The notes: generated by a model not told the origin, from the letters alone. Shown: positions 11,301-23,939, counted from the whole stretch's first letter. The stretch: 64,000 bases of DNA, filler included, from Sanchytrium tribonematis (GCA_018985235.1; 6 parts of 6 records of this genome joined end to end with filler, not necessarily neighbours in it); one strand, 5' to 3'. Program-made: numbers and translations.

Positions 11301-14300
11301 TCAATTGAATTTGGCTCCAGAATTTGCTTCTCTTCGTAGACCCTTAGAGCGTCCTCGAATTTACCAAGCTTTTCAAACCAAGATTCTTTCATCGAAATGT
11401 CATATTTTTGAGCAGTTTTCAGCAGACCCAAAGAGACGTCAGGTTGGTCAAGTTGATTATTGATTGCAATCAAACTTTCTATTACATTGCTAGAGGGTGT
11501 TTGTAGAAATTCTAATTCTTTATAATGCAGTGCTTTAGCATAAGCATGGCAACGATTTGCGTAGCTTCCTAATGTTCTTAAATCGATTGGCAAAGGCTTA
11601 TCATCATGTTCCATAAATTCAGCGAGATTTAATAAGCTTTGCAAAACCTCTGGGGGAATTTGAGGACTCAATAATGCAGTTTCAATGCTTCGCACTAATT
11701 CATCCTGAAATTGATCGTACAATTCGCTCCAACAAGAAAGGAATGCAGCGTTAAACAATTCTCTACTAATTGGAGGATAGACAGATGCCAACGATGAGCA
11801 AGCTCGCAATGCATGGCTGGGTGATTCTTTCAGTAACTCGACCGATAACCTTCGTATCCACTCTTGCCAATCTTCTGCTGTACTACGCTGAGAAGCCTCC
11901 CATGTTTTTTTAAGCTGCTGCTGATTTACTGGCAATTTTTTGACACTATTAACATCAGCTATCTGATCGTCTGGATCTGACTTAGTTAGAGTTCTCTCAT
12001 GATCTTCCAATATTAAATCAACCGGCAAAGGCTCACCACTAACCAAAAGATTGATGACTTTGGAATAGTTAGAGTCAAAAATTTGCTTTTGCAACAATAT
12101 TTTTTCCACAAGAGATGCAAAGGGTAAGTAATCGAATTGAAGCTGAACAGCCATTGAAGTCAAGTCAAACATAATGGCCTCTACATACGGACAATCAGTT
12201 TGAGCTAGAAGTCTAATAAGTGGTTGAATAATTCTCGAAATATTATCACTCATGTCTAATTGGCGAGATAGATAGCCAATTGTAATAATCACTTTGTTTT
12301 TTAAAGCAATGGATGTCTCGATGCTCTCTAAAATGCGGATTAAACTTGGCAATATCAAATGGAAATACTCTTCCATTGCAGAGCCGAAAGCAAATAAAGT
12401 GTCCATGACTTTTAAGGAAATATCATTCGTGGGAGATTTGTCTTTTTCCAACAAATTAACAATAAAAGGTGTAATCTGAGGGATATATCCTTTAAATTCT
12501 CCATCTAATGCAAATGATATGCTCTCAAGTAAACTCAAAATTGTCACTTGTATCGTAAAATTGTGATTGCTGTAATTGTCTATTAAAGAAAAAATATCGA
12601 ACAGAAATGGTCTAATATGCTGCCTCACAATTTTAATCAAAAGGCCAAGCTGCTGAAGGTAAAATTCCAACAGACTGCTTACGCAATTTTGTATAATGGA
12701 CAAGAATGGCGGCATAATTTGAGGAAGAAAACCAACGCATTTGAGACCTAATGTTTTGAAAATATACATGACAGCCTGTATGACAGCAGTGTGATGAACA
12801 GAAAGAGATTGGTCTCTCAAAATTTTCATTAATGCGTAAATACTTACTGTAGGGTAGTAGTCATCGCTTGGACTACTAGGTACTATCCCTAGGTAAACTA
12901 AATTTTCTGGATCCAAATCTTCCTTCTTTTTCGTAGTCTCTAAAACTCTTCTAACTAGATTTTTGTATTTATATGGATCCAATGCTCCAAGATTTCCGAT
13001 CAGTCTCATTGTCTCTTTCCTAATATTGGTAGACTGCTCACTTTTTAAGATGTCTAAAAGAGTATCCATCAAACCAGGATAATCCAAATAGGGCTGTATT
13101 GCATTGCTTGTGCTACTTACTAGTAGTCGCATACTTCTTAGTGCTGCTTCTCGTTTACGAACACTGGATTGATCTTGGAGAGTTTCAGTCAATGTTGACA
13201 TTAGATTATCCAGAAAAGGTAAAATTTCGTTACCTTGAAAAATTGAAACTTCCCCAATTGCAACAAGAATCTGGGAAGCAACGCTACTACTACTATCACG
13301 CACTTTTGGAAGCAGTACTCTAAATATACTCTCTACATAAGGGCGGATATAATCTTTGATAGAAATCACTAGCGAACTTAATAATTTAGCACTTTCTTCC
13401 TTTGTCTTGGGAATTTTAGAATACTCGATTTCACTGAGTAGTTGAAAAAGTATTTTTCGGACACATGGCATCACGTAGGCTGGATTTAGCTGCGATAGTC
13501 TTCCAATCAAAGTAATTGTAGATTGTCTTACAGGAAAAAACTCGTCATTAACACTAAGAAATAAAGCTCTGATGAGCTCTGACTGGCACAAAACGTGGTC
13601 AACACTTGGCTCACTAGCTAATGAGCTCATGACCAAATATCTTATTTTCTGGTCTGGATCAGATATTCCAATAGTTGTTAGCCGTACAAGAATCTCATAA
13701 ACAAGATCAAACGACATTTGATTCTTTTGATTTTTGATAGGATCTCTACTTATTACGGAGCAAATAGTTTTTGCGGCAGATGATCTTATATTAGGATCAT
13801 CAAAATCAAGGTACGGAACAACAGCTTCTTGTAAAAAATCTGCTAGAGACTGACCAGTAATTTCAAATGTACTAAGAGTTTCTAAAGCAAGTATTATAAT
13901 TTCTGGATCTTTGGGCTCATAAACTTTGTTCGAAATTTTCTTGCTTAAAAATGCAGGACGATAGGGATGACTGGTCAAAACCATACTCAACAAATTAAGT
14001 AACTTTTCTTGAATAACAGGTATAAATGAAGGAACATTGACTGCAACATCAGATAATGTTTGGCGCATTTGCGATGATAAACCGCTTGAAAAAATCATAC
14101 CCATAAGGTCTGGTATATAAATAGACAATTCCGCAGGAAGAGCTTTTGATAATAACGAAATACACGTAAATATATCTTCTATGCAGAGTTTTCGAAATTT
14201 TCCATTAAAAAGGTCTTTGATCTGCTTTATAATTTGTTCAACGTAATTTTTGCATTCCAAATTGAGATAACAGGCTAATTCACAGCAACAGACTAAAGCT

Positions 14301-15256
14301 TTTGGTCTATCTTTTTCCTTTCTCAAGGGAGAGAGCAGAAATTCGAGCCAAGAACTAATATTTTGAGCCAAAATGGGAGTGAAGTTGGCAGCAAAAAACG
14401 GCAATGTTTTTAAAACTGCTTCTCTTACAGCCGGATCTTTATGGTCTCTATATTTCCATAAATTCTGCTGACATTCATCTATATTGTTTTGCATAAAATC
14501 TTTCGAATACCTGACCATTGCTTGCATAGATAATATACTACCATGAACATATTCGTTACTTCCAGATTTAAAACCTTGCAAAATTTGGCTGTAAATATTT
14601 CTATACCACTGCTCTCTTTGTTGAGAGTCTCGCTGTTGTATTAAGGATAAGCAAACTGAAAAACATTCAGACGCACCCTTTCTTACATTGAGGCGAGGAT
14701 CTCGAAGCGGGATCCATATGCAATCTAATATTTGACCCATATAGCCGTAAAGTATTGTTGAAGCGTTACAAGCGATCTCTTTTATAATCAAAACGGCTGC
14801 ATACCGCTTGTATTCGGTTTTATCATTCATTAGCCACTCGATAGATCTTTTTACTTCAAATTCTACGAGTTCAACTGCTAGCGAGCCACCAATTGATGGC
14901 GAAGATAATTTACCCATAGCTTTCGCAGCATATTCCATGACTTGTAAGTCATTGCAAGGTAAAACCATTCTCAAATAATTGCAAAATCTTGTAAGTTTTA
15001 CCGTGTTGTCTTCAGTATCTAAATCAATTAGTTCGCTTATCACGAATATACCGCATTTTTTTTCTTCTGGATCATTGCCATGTATTAACTCAAATATTTT
15101 TCTATTTAGGTCATTTATAAATTTAAGGAGTGCATCCGACGATAATTCAGAATTAGTAACATTTACTATTGCATCTCGGAGTTGAACTAATCCATGGTCC
15201 CTATATCTTTTGTCCTTGATAACCTGTTGTAAAATAAGATTAATGGAAGTATCCAT
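8269..15256 (-). CDS. TOR: Target of rapamycin kinase; exons 15256-8737 and 8717-8269 (2322 aa)
   Basis: HEAT, FAT and FRB ([16 protein letters not shown]) regions, kinase motifs (SKQRPRK, GDRHPSN, HIDFGD), and FATC ending GWCAFW. The intron restores VNAMEVSGIEG. Confidence 0.98.
8718..8736 (-). other. 19-nt spliceosomal intron in TOR
   Basis: gtaattttgatttatctag; removal gives the conserved AMEVSGIEG. Confidence 0.95.
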
Positions 15257-15431
15257 ATTTGAAACAAAGGAAGAAGTGGCAAATAAATTACCTAAGCGAG
15301 GAAACAAGAGTCGATTTAATTTTATGATTATTCCTAAATGTAAGCTGCAAAACTCATTTGCTAAGACACTGGAAAAGTTATTAGAACCAACAAATACTCC
15401 TATTTTTCACTTTCCGTGAAACGTTGTTTGA

Positions 15432-17583
15432 ATGTCTAATTTAGATTATGAAATTATTGAATGTAGCAGCTATTCCTCTGCCTATCATCCAAACAACATA
15501 AAATCCTGTAATCAAAATGGCGTTGTTACTGACCAAGGCTCCAGATGGAGCAGTAACAGCAATAATCAACAACAATATATGATATTGAAATTAAAACAAC
15601 ATTGCTGCGTAAATTCAATTTTATTTGGAAAATTTCACAAAGTTCATGTATGCAACCTTAAAGAATTTAAGGTTTTTGTCAGTTATAATAACAAACAGTA
15701 TATTCAAGTATTGCACGACGGACTCAAGAATGACACGGAACCAGAGACGTTTTCAATCAAAAATGCCATCAAAAATTCAGACGGAGTCACTTATCCAGTT
15801 CAATATCTTAAGATTGCTCCTTTACTGGCCCATGGCGCTAATTTCAATTTTTCCATTTGGTACCTTGAGCTTCATGGAGAATTAATTGCAGATAATACAG
15901 TGCAAAACTACATCAAGTATCATACTGACTTGAGCTTGAAAGTAATTTTAAAATATCTAAGGCAGCAAAACAATTTTTTACCAATATACGATGCTCTTCA
16001 AAACCATACCAATATTTCTTTAGAACATCCTTATCTTCAAAAATTGTACAACTTGATATCTAATGGCTCTTTTGAGGAAAGCTACACCCATTTAAATACA
16101 GCCAGTATGCAGTGGTTTGAAAATTACTTATCTAATACCCTTTATTCACCAAAATGGTCAAAATTGCTTAATTGTGATCGTAATGGAATTGATTTACCAA
16201 GTAGGGGTGGACATCAAATGGTCAAAGGAAAAGATGGCATTTTTTTGTATGGTGGTTGGAATGGGAGCCAAGACTTAAAAGATTTATGGTTTTATGATTC
16301 GACTTGGCATAGTGTTGAATTTGACAAGTCAAAAGACCACCCTAGTGCCAGAAGTTGTCACAAGATGCTATATAATAGTAATGACAATTCATTGTATGTT
16401 TTTGGAAGGTATATTGACCAAGAAAGTCGTTCTACCGCAAGTTTGCAAGCTGATTTTTGGAAATTTAGTATAAATAATAAGAAATGGGAACTTTTAAGCA
16501 AAGATACTCAAGCTGAGAATGGACCAGGTCTACTATTTGACCACCAAATGGTTTTGGACCAAGTCCGCAATCAAATTTTCGTTTTTGGAGGTAAAACCGT
16601 AATGATGTCTACAGAAACAGTTTATAGTGGATTTTACAAGTACGATGTTGCCTCAAAATCTTGGACAGAAATAGAGACTGAAAAAGATTCTGTTTCAATG
16701 AAATCTCGAATTAGCCATTCTATGTTGTTGCATCAAAAGCGGGACTGCATCTACATTTTTAGTGGCCAGCGTTTTAAGGATTATCTTGCAGACATGTATG
16801 AGTATAATCTTTCTTCGGGTACTCTCAAGGAATTATCTAGAGACTATTCAAAACAAGGCGGACCAGTTTGTGGGTTTACTCAACGGGCCACGTTAGATGA
16901 GGACCGCGATGAGATCTATGTATTTAGCGGGCTTGTCAGGGACAAATTTTCCTCCCGGGATTGCGTCAGAAATACATTTTGGGTCTTCAATATTAAACAC
17001 AACAAGTGGAGGATGATTTTCCAAAATTCACCTTCGGATAGTTTGCAGTTACCTTCAACTCCTGATTCGGAACTTTCCTCTCCTACGAGTCCTGTTCTGA
17101 ATCATGAATTTGATGACGAGCCAGTGCCAAGATATGCTCATCAACTGGCATATGACCCTTTGACAAAATTGCACTATCTTTTTGGTGGTAATCCAGGATC
17201 TGTGGGCAACCCTCGTGAAAGGCTAAATGATTTTTGGGGTCTACAGTTAAATAGACCCACACCAGAGGAGCTGCTTTCCAAAATCAGGCTAATTTTGAAA
17301 ACACAACAGTAACATTTTTTAATTTAGGTACAAGGAAATTTGCTCTAATGATCCAATATCGGCTCTTAAATTTTTACACAATAACGTGGCTCCTTTAATC
17401 AATCATGATGATTCTTCTCAAAGAAATCAATTTCAGTCACTCACTCAATATTTATTTAATCCACATAAAGTCGATCTTTTTACTGAAAGAATTCAAGTCT
17501 ACGATGAAATTGTATCTTACTTTCCCAAAGAGATGAAACAACCTGAGGTAGATTTAATGGATTTGATACCAATTGATTTGTAA
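15432..17583 (+). CDS. MKLN1: Muskelin (discoidin-LisH-CTLH-Kelch); exons 15432-17308 and 17328-17583 (710 aa)
   Basis: DQGSRWSS, FGKFHKVHVCNLKEFKV, Kelch repeats (RGGHQM, RSCHKM, PRYAHQ), and a spliced C-terminus reading DPISALKFL. Confidence 0.92.
17309..17327 (+). other. 19-nt spliceosomal intron in muskelin
   Basis: gtaacattttttaatttag; contains the ORF stop, and removal restores the muskelin C-terminus. Confidence 0.9.
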
Positions 17584-17606
17584 GTCAAATAAACTACAAT
17601 TTTTTA

Positions 17607-18627
17607 TTAAAAGTCAACGTCTGTTGTGAAAACCATTCTGTTTTCATCAGCGGCTTTGCTACTATTTAGAACACCGCTTTTTTGGTATTCACTGACTCTT
17701 TTTTCAAAAAAATTGGTCTTTCCCTCAATACTGATCATATCCATAAAGTCAAATGGATTGTTTGCATTGAACATTTTAGGACAATTTAATGCACTGAGCA
17801 ATCTATTTGCACAAAATTCGATATATTCTTTCATCATTTCCGCATTCATTCCAATAAGGCTGACTGGTAGTGAATCAGTCAAAAATTCCTGCTCAATAAC
17901 AACTGCATCTGCTATAATTTTGTTGATTGTTTCTAAAGAAGGCTTGTTCTTAATGTATTTGAATAACAAACATGCAAAATCGGTATGCAAGCCTTCGTCA
18001 CGGCTAATCAACTCATTGCTGAAAGTTAATCCAGGCATAAATCCACGTTTTTTTAACCAGAAAATTGACTACGTAAATCAGAAATACAGCAAAACTACCA
18101 CTAAAAAAGATGCCTTCTACCGCTGCAAATGCAACTAGTCTTTCACCGAAATTGCTGCCGCTTTTAATCCATTTCAAAGCCCAATCTGCTTTTTTCTTGA
18201 TACAAGGGATAGTGTCAATACTATTGAAAAGTCTAGTTTTTTCTTCTTGGTCCTTAATGTATGTATCGATCAAAAGGGAGTAGGTTTCTGAATGGATGTT
18301 TTCCATCATCATTTGAAAACCGTAGAAACATCTTGCTTCAGGTAATTGAACATCCTTTGCAAAACGTTCAACCAAGTTCTCGAGGACGATTCCGTCACTC
18401 GCAGCAAAGAATGCTAAGACATGCTTTATGAAATGCTGCTCATTTTCATTCAACTTATCCCAATGCTCTTGGTCTTTACTCAAATCAATTTCTTCTGCAG
18501 TCCAGAAAGACGCTTCAGCTTTCTTATACATTGCCCAGATATCACCATACTGGATTGGGAACAGCACGAAACGACCCGGGTTCTCTCTGAGTAAAACTTC
18601 GTCATCAAGATTGATATTTCCTGTCAT
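17607..18627 (-). CDS. RNR2: Ribonucleotide reductase small subunit; exons 18627-18088 and 18068-17607 (333 aa)
   Basis: [43 protein letters not shown] and KTNFFEKRV. Confidence 0.97.
18069..18087 (-). other. 19-nt spliceosomal intron in RNR2
   Basis: gtatttctgatttacgtag; removal restores the conserved [13 protein letters not shown]. Confidence 0.96.
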
Positions 18628-18719
18628 AACGTTTGAGATTGGCAAATGGAGAAAATCGATTTTATAGAAACCAAAATTTTTAAGTCATGTGATAGCCAAG
18701 AGATAAGTTTATTTGAATT

Positions 18720-19355
18720 TCAAAGCCAAGGCTCCACTTTGACACTTTTTCCAATGGTAAACTTCAGTCTGCCTACCTGAGTACCACTAATTTTCCGAGA
18801 TTGCAAATCATTGATAAGTGAAGTTCTGCTGTAATATTTGATTATTCTTATTGAAACTATGGAGGAATTAAGGTCATTTTCCATTTTATCGAAATAATAT
18901 AAATAGCTTAGTGTTTCATAATTCTGGTTTTCTTCTTGTTTCTGCTCATACCGACAAGGTTGACAGACATGATGAATAATGTGAACGCAATTTTTTCGAA
19001 GCTTTGGAATTTTCCCTATGTCTTCGTAAACAAAATCGGCTGAATTAATAGATCCATGCTGGTACAAGGACTCAAGGTGCTTTTTCAACTCGACGTATTT
19101 GGAAAACGGACTTATAATTACATTGTTGACTGAGAATTCTTCGAAATAAGAGCTTGAAATGAGAAATTTAGCGAAAGAAAATTTGCCTGAAAATGGTGGA
19201 CCAGCAAAAATATTCAGCACTCCGCTTTGAAATGATAAATAACAATTGTCAGATTTTTCTATATTATATTGAACATATAATATTGCTTTTGACAATCGGC
19301 ACTGCTTTTGGGGTTTTGTCTCTACTCTCTTTAAGATTTTGTCCAGTTTTTCCAT
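18720..19355 (-). CDS. Divergent P-loop protein, possibly a RecA/Rad51-paralog
   Basis: 211-aa ORF with GVLNIFAGPPFSGKF, a Walker A-like motif with F in place of S/T. Confidence 0.4.
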   Translation of the reverse strand: MEKLDKILKRVETKPQKQCRLSKAILYVQYNIEKSDNCYLSFQSGVLNIFAGPPFSGKFSFAKFLISSSYFEEFSVNNVIISPFSKYVELKKHLESLYQHGSINSADFVYEDIGKIPKLRKNCVHIIHHVCQPCRYEQKQEENQNYETLSYLYYFDKMENDLNSSIVSIRIIKYYSRTSLINDLQSRKISGTQVGRLKFTIGKSVKVEPWL

Positions 19356-19385
19356 TACGTAAGAAAAAATATAATCAAAATTTAC

Positions 19386-20633
19386 TTACAATTCTTTTTG
19401 AATGGATGTGGTATAATTCATGACAACGTCTTTGACTTTTCTTAAATGAAAATCTAGCTCAGACTGATCAGAGTCCATTTTTCTTTCTGCTTGTGATATT
19501 TCAATTCGAAGTTGCTGACATGATTCTTCAATTTTGCCTAATTCTTTACTTTCATCTGTATCACCGCTTTGAATTAAACTTAATTGCGATTGGAGGCTAT
19601 GTAATTTTTCATTTCCGACCCGCTGTTTTTCTTTTATTTGATCAGTGATTTTTTTTGTTCGCTCTTGCATAAATTTAGATTGTCGCTGCATCTGCTGTAG
19701 TTTAATATCATTATTTTTCCGCTCTAATTGTTTCTCGTGCTGTTTTTGATTAAGTTGAGAAAGTTCCAAAGAAAGATTTTTGTTTTCTTGCCCTAGAAAT
19801 TGACATTCCTTCAATAAAGAGTTCAATTGACCAAAGTAATGATTTATGTCCTGAAGCACATTAAATCTTCCGTGAAGCTGTACATATTGTTGATCTGCAT
19901 TTACGGATTTCGATTTTGAATCGGCAATATCTTGTTTCAGTGATTCCATTTTTTTCATGAATTCATCCATATTCTCAATTCTCCTGCTATTGATTTTGTC
20001 AATGTTTTCTGATACAGACAATATTTTAAATTCAATCCCATTGACTTGGTCATTCAGAGAAGATTTTTTGCTCTTTAATTGTTGTAAATGAGTTGTAAAT
20101 TTAACTTGTTGTTTTTTCATGTCCTTAAGTTTGTTTGTAAGCTCTAGATTCATTTTGATATAATTTTGAATTTCAAACTTTTCTTCTTCCTTAAGTTTCT
20201 TCGACTGCTCTAATTGAATTTTCATATTTTGCAGCATATTTGCATAATTGTCTTTGTTCTCCTGCAGCGATTTAATGTTGTTCGAAGTTTCATTAATTGA
20301 GCCTTGCAAATCCATTTTCAGTTGGATAAAATGTATACAACCACACAATATCTTTCTGAACTTCGAAGACTCTGGTTTTAATAGGTCATTAAATGAATAA
20401 TCAGGTACGAACAATTTGATAATTTTTTGAGATTGCTTGTAAATGGCAATCATTTGCAGAGTATCGTCCATGGGCTGAGTTGTCTTACCTGTTATCAGAT
20501 GCATAATCTTTTGAATAGAATTTTGTACAACCAGTGGCTTAGGCTTGGTAATATCATCTTGCTGCAGATGGACATTGAACGTAGATAAGATAGAGATTAA
20601 ATCTGGCATTTTCAACATTGGATAGTGCGACAT
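19386..20633 (-). CDS. NUF2: Kinetochore protein Nuf2
   Basis: N-terminal YPML..DITKPKP and DYSFNDLLKPESSKFRKILCGCIHF (Nuf2 CH domain), followed by a long coiled coil. Confidence 0.85.
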   Translation of the reverse strand: MSHYPMLKMPDLISILSTFNVHLQQDDITKPKPLVVQNSIQKIMHLITGKTTQPMDDTLQMIAIYKQSQKIIKLFVPDYSFNDLLKPESSKFRKILCGCIHFIQLKMDLQGSINETSNNIKSLQENKDNYANMLQNMKIQLEQSKKLKEEEKFEIQNYIKMNLELTNKLKDMKKQQVKFTTHLQQLKSKKSSLNDQVNGIEFKILSVSENIDKINSRRIENMDEFMKKMESLKQDIADSKSKSVNADQQYVQLHGRFNVLQDINHYFGQLNSLLKECQFLGQENKNLSLELSQLNQKQHEKQLERKNNDIKLQQMQRQSKFMQERTKKITDQIKEKQRVGNEKLHSLQSQLSLIQSGDTDESKELGKIEESCQQLRIEISQAERKMDSDQSELDFHLRKVKDVVMNYTTSIQKEL

Positions 20634-20709
20634 TTTTGGGGAGAGTTACAAAAATATAAAGTCCCTTGTGCAAAGGTATCTACAAAATTTATTAAGTTAG
20701 GATTGAATA

Positions 20710-21754
20710 TTAATTTACACTTCCCAAGGGAAAACTTCTTCTGCTAATGGTATCAATGCTGTAATCCAGTATGGAATTTTCTAAGCCTAAATAAAAATGA
20801 TATACCAACAAAACAGCGTTTGCTATCAGGTGAGAAACAAATTCCAGAAATGTGAAGATCGTGGTCATCAGGAGCTACCCTTATAACCTGTTTCTCATTA
20901 AAAGTTCTTGCATCGACAAGATGGACGTAGCTAACGTGTTCGCTAAACATAAGTAAATCGATAGAACCACTAGGAGAAAATTTGACATTTCTAGCTGCAC
21001 CTTTGGCTCGCGGCCATTGGTGTGTTTGTAATTTAGCTATTTTATCTCCTGTATTCCTAATATCAAAAACACTAACAGCGCCATCTTGACTAGCTACAGC
21101 AAACCTCTCTGATGATTGATTCCATGAGCAAGCAAATCCTGCATCTGCTGATGTTGAAAGGGTATTTTCTAAGATGTAATCACCATTATTAGTTATATGG
21201 TATAAAAAGACAGAATTAACATCTCCTGTCGCAATCATTTTGGTTCCATCTGGACTAACACTAACATAATTGACAGCAGTCGGAAGTTGCAATGATGATA
21301 TTCTTTGAAGTCCCGGTAAAGTATATGCCTTAATGCTCTCGTCGTTGTTGCAAATTAATAATCTATGTCCATGAAGCGGGTGATTTGTAATGGCTATACT
21401 ATTATTTATACTTCCACCGACGCTGGTATGTGCATACCAATTAGTCGCCAACTGTCTGACCATCAACTGACTTCTTTGGCCACCTGCGGCAACATAGCCG
21501 TGACCGACATGCATTGAGGTCGGCGAAAAGGTTAATTCTTTCATTATTGGCAAAATCATGTTGGTTTTTGAATTAAAAGTGCTTACATTATTTTGATAAA
21601 CGTGGAATATTTCACTTGAATCATAAGGACAAGCGATCAGATCTCGTAATTGCCAATGTTGAATTGTAGTTTTGACATTGTGCTTCAAGGATGCCAACTT
21701 TGTAAATGTAAATGTAGAATTTAAAGGATTAGTATTTGATGGATTAATCGTCAT
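20710..21754 (-). CDS. WD40 protein, DUF2415 family; exons 21754-20806 and 20786-20710 (341 aa)
   Basis: TIQHWQLRDLI, SVGGSINN, ASQDG and LLMFSEH. The spliced end reads VGLENSILDYSIDTISRRSFP. Confidence 0.85.
20787..20805 (-). other. 19-nt spliceosomal intron
   Basis: gtatatcatttttatttag; removal gives a family-like C-terminus. Confidence 0.82.
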
Positions 21755-21815
21755 TTTAATTAGGAAAGTAAAATTACTTGTTTCACCATTCTCCAGATTA
21801 AAATCATAAACGAAT

Positions 21816-23939
21816 TTATTTGATACTTAATCGGTGTGCAATGCATCCGTAGGTAGGATTGGTGGATTTCCCAAATATGACTCTTTTGGTTTTACTTCCA
21901 AAAAATTGGCTGCCTGTCTTGATCCATGTCAGTTCGGAGATAGTATCAGGATTTAGAAATATTAAGGAGTCACATGGAATACGCTGATCTTCATAGTTCT
22001 TCGACACAAGAAGCAAAGTGCAGCAATTTTTGGCATAATACTGAATTTTGAGATCATCATTCTCAAATATATCTAGTGGTAGCATTAATTCGACATTATT
22101 CAAAAAATTCTTAATTTTTTGGTCTAGAGAGACACTGCTATCGGGAAAGCAGCTTTCTAACTTCTTTTTCATGGCCAAATCAGTCTCTGACAGCTGGTGG
22201 TGCAATTCTTTATTGTGGAGTAATTTCACAAATCCAAATAAATGAAATTTTACCAATGAAAGTATTTTGGAGAGGTCTGCACAATAGCTATTTTCTTTAG
22301 ATAATATCTCGCAAATTCTTGCCGCTGTGTTTTTAATGCTTAAAATCTTGTATTCCACTTCTTTTAGAATAATATTATTTCCTCCTTCATAAAGAATGGC
22401 TATATTGAGTGTGCTTTTCATATTCTCATACAGACCAGTCAATTCCGGTAAATGATCAGAATATATCACAGTTTTTTCCGATTGGTGAGAAAACGCAAAA
22501 TTGATCAACAAGTCTTCAGTTAAAGAATGCTGACTCATACCACAACCAGCCATTGACAATATTACAGAAAATTCTTTGCTACTCCATTTTTTAACTAATT
22601 GCATATCCTGTTTCATTTCTATGTATATGTTATTTTCAAGGCAATAAAATTTACCAGTTACTTTAGACGCGTTTTGCTGCGTCAATTCTGAAAAGTGATT
22701 ATCGTCAAAAAAGCAGTTACCCAAAAGCTTTCTCTCTCCATTTTTTACCGGACATTGAAATTTTAAAAGAAAAATTTTCATGTCGGGGTCAAGTGATTTT
22801 GGAATTAACTCCAATGTGCGAATGACACTTGAAAGTTTGTCGCCTGAGAAATATACAAGATCATATCTTTCTTGTATTTTTCCTTGATACCGTACCTTAA
22901 TAATCAATTCGGATCCAGATATAAGTTTCGATACTGCAATAATTTCACATAAGCCAATAAATGAGAATCCGTCTGAGCCTATGGTTAAAAGCACCAGCGT
23001 GTCTTTGACTTTAAGAAATGTCCACTTTTTGTGTTCTTTGGCAGAAAAATAAGCCAAGTTCAAATGAATGTCAACTTCTTGAAAATCCAAATGCGATATA
23101 AATTGAACTTTCTTATTGGAAAATGTCACGATGGGAGCTAAACAACAGTGCCAATTCAAAATGGATATTTCTTTGCCCGAAAATTTTGGTTCTAATATTT
23201 CAAAGATGAACTGTAGTTCTTGTTGCAAATGGTACAAGTTGTAAATATAGTAAAATTCTTTGACCGCATGCCAATACTCATCGAAAAAATTAAAATTGAA
23301 AGACATTGGGAGTATGTTGCGAGCTTTGATTTTTCTTTTGAGATCTAAACTAGGTATAATGCTTATAGTTTTTGACTGGGGAATGTCAATCCAATCCACT
23401 ATCATTTTGATAAGTTTGGTTTTGTCCTCATTTCCCAGTTTATATCTTGTCTTTACTAATTCAAAGTCGCTTTCTGTTATCAGATTTAAAATAGTTTCAA
23501 CATAGCTAGATGGTATTTTGCTGCTAGGAATAATGTAAAATTCTTTTGGGACCTTCTTGTACAGGAGAAATTGCAAATCTGAAATTGATGGTAAAAGAAA
23601 ATTGTCATCATAAGGGCGAGTAGCCAAAGCTCTCAAAAACCTACCATCACTACCCCACAAAATATGCAATCTCATTTGAAAACAAGCGATTCTGGCAAAT
23701 TTTCTATACTTGAAATCTAAAAGTAAAGCAATAACATCTTCTACAGTTCTCTCATGGTGTGATTCTTTCCAGTCTATCTCTTTTTTTAACAACTGTTGCA
23801 GTTCTTCAGAAAGTCCCCCAAAAAGTAGAGCAGGATCGGCAATTTGAAGTTCAACATGTAAGTCTATTGTGAGCTCTTCAGACTTTGGATTTTTAAGCTT
23901 TTGTTGAATATCTTTGAAAATGCCGAATTTGGTAATCAT
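21816..23939 (-). CDS. Highly degenerate, truncated Aquarius (AQR/IBP160)-like spliceosomal helicase homolog (707 aa)
   Basis: Colinear blocks match Aquarius: LPMSFNF..EY ~ LNLQFL..DY; NW..LAPIVTF ~ GWARMAQPIVAF; W..LKVKDTLVLLTI ~ WEGLRKHDVCFLITV; QSEKTVIYSD..LTGLYE ~ PEQRTLIVTH..LNQLFE. The GPPGTGKT motif is absent. Confidence 0.65.
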   Translation of the reverse strand: MITKFGIFKDIQQKLKNPKSEELTIDLHVELQIADPALLFGGLSEELQQLLKKEIDWKESHHERTVEDVIALLLDFKYRKFARIACFQMRLHILWGSDGRFLRALATRPYDDNFLLPSISDLQFLLYKKVPKEFYIIPSSKIPSSYVETILNLITESDFELVKTRYKLGNEDKTKLIKMIVDWIDIPQSKTISIIPSLDLKRKIKARNILPMSFNFNFFDEYWHAVKEFYYIYNLYHLQQELQFIFEILEPKFSGKEISILNWHCCLAPIVTFSNKKVQFISHLDFQEVDIHLNLAYFSAKEHKKWTFLKVKDTLVLLTIGSDGFSFIGLCEIIAVSKLISGSELIIKVRYQGKIQERYDLVYFSGDKLSSVIRTLELIPKSLDPDMKIFLLKFQCPVKNGERKLLGNCFFDDNHFSELTQQNASKVTGKFYCLENNIYIEMKQDMQLVKKWSSKEFSVILSMAGCGMSQHSLTEDLLINFAFSHQSEKTVIYSDHLPELTGLYENMKSTLNIAILYEGGNNIILKEVEYKILSIKNTAARICEILSKENSYCADLSKILSLVKFHLFGFVKLLHNKELHHQLSETDLAMKKKLESCFPDSSVSLDQKIKNFLNNVELMLPLDIFENDDLKIQYYAKNCCTLLLVSKNYEDQRIPCDSLIFLNPDTISELTWIKTGSQFFGSKTKRVIFGKSTNPTYGCIAHRLSIK

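Noticed and set aside
15257..15307. TTG/GTG-initiated N-terminal extensions called by the ORF track (TOR, Imp3, RNR2, ZIP, NMO and others)
   Set aside because: This is a eukaryote; the first in-frame ATG is the more plausible start and, where I know the family start (e.g. Imp3), matches it.
17626..18138. Antisense and nested ORFs in the track (e.g. 17626-18138, 37729-38160, 61457-62053)
   Set aside because: They shadow conserved genes on the opposite strand or in another frame and have no recognisable motifs.
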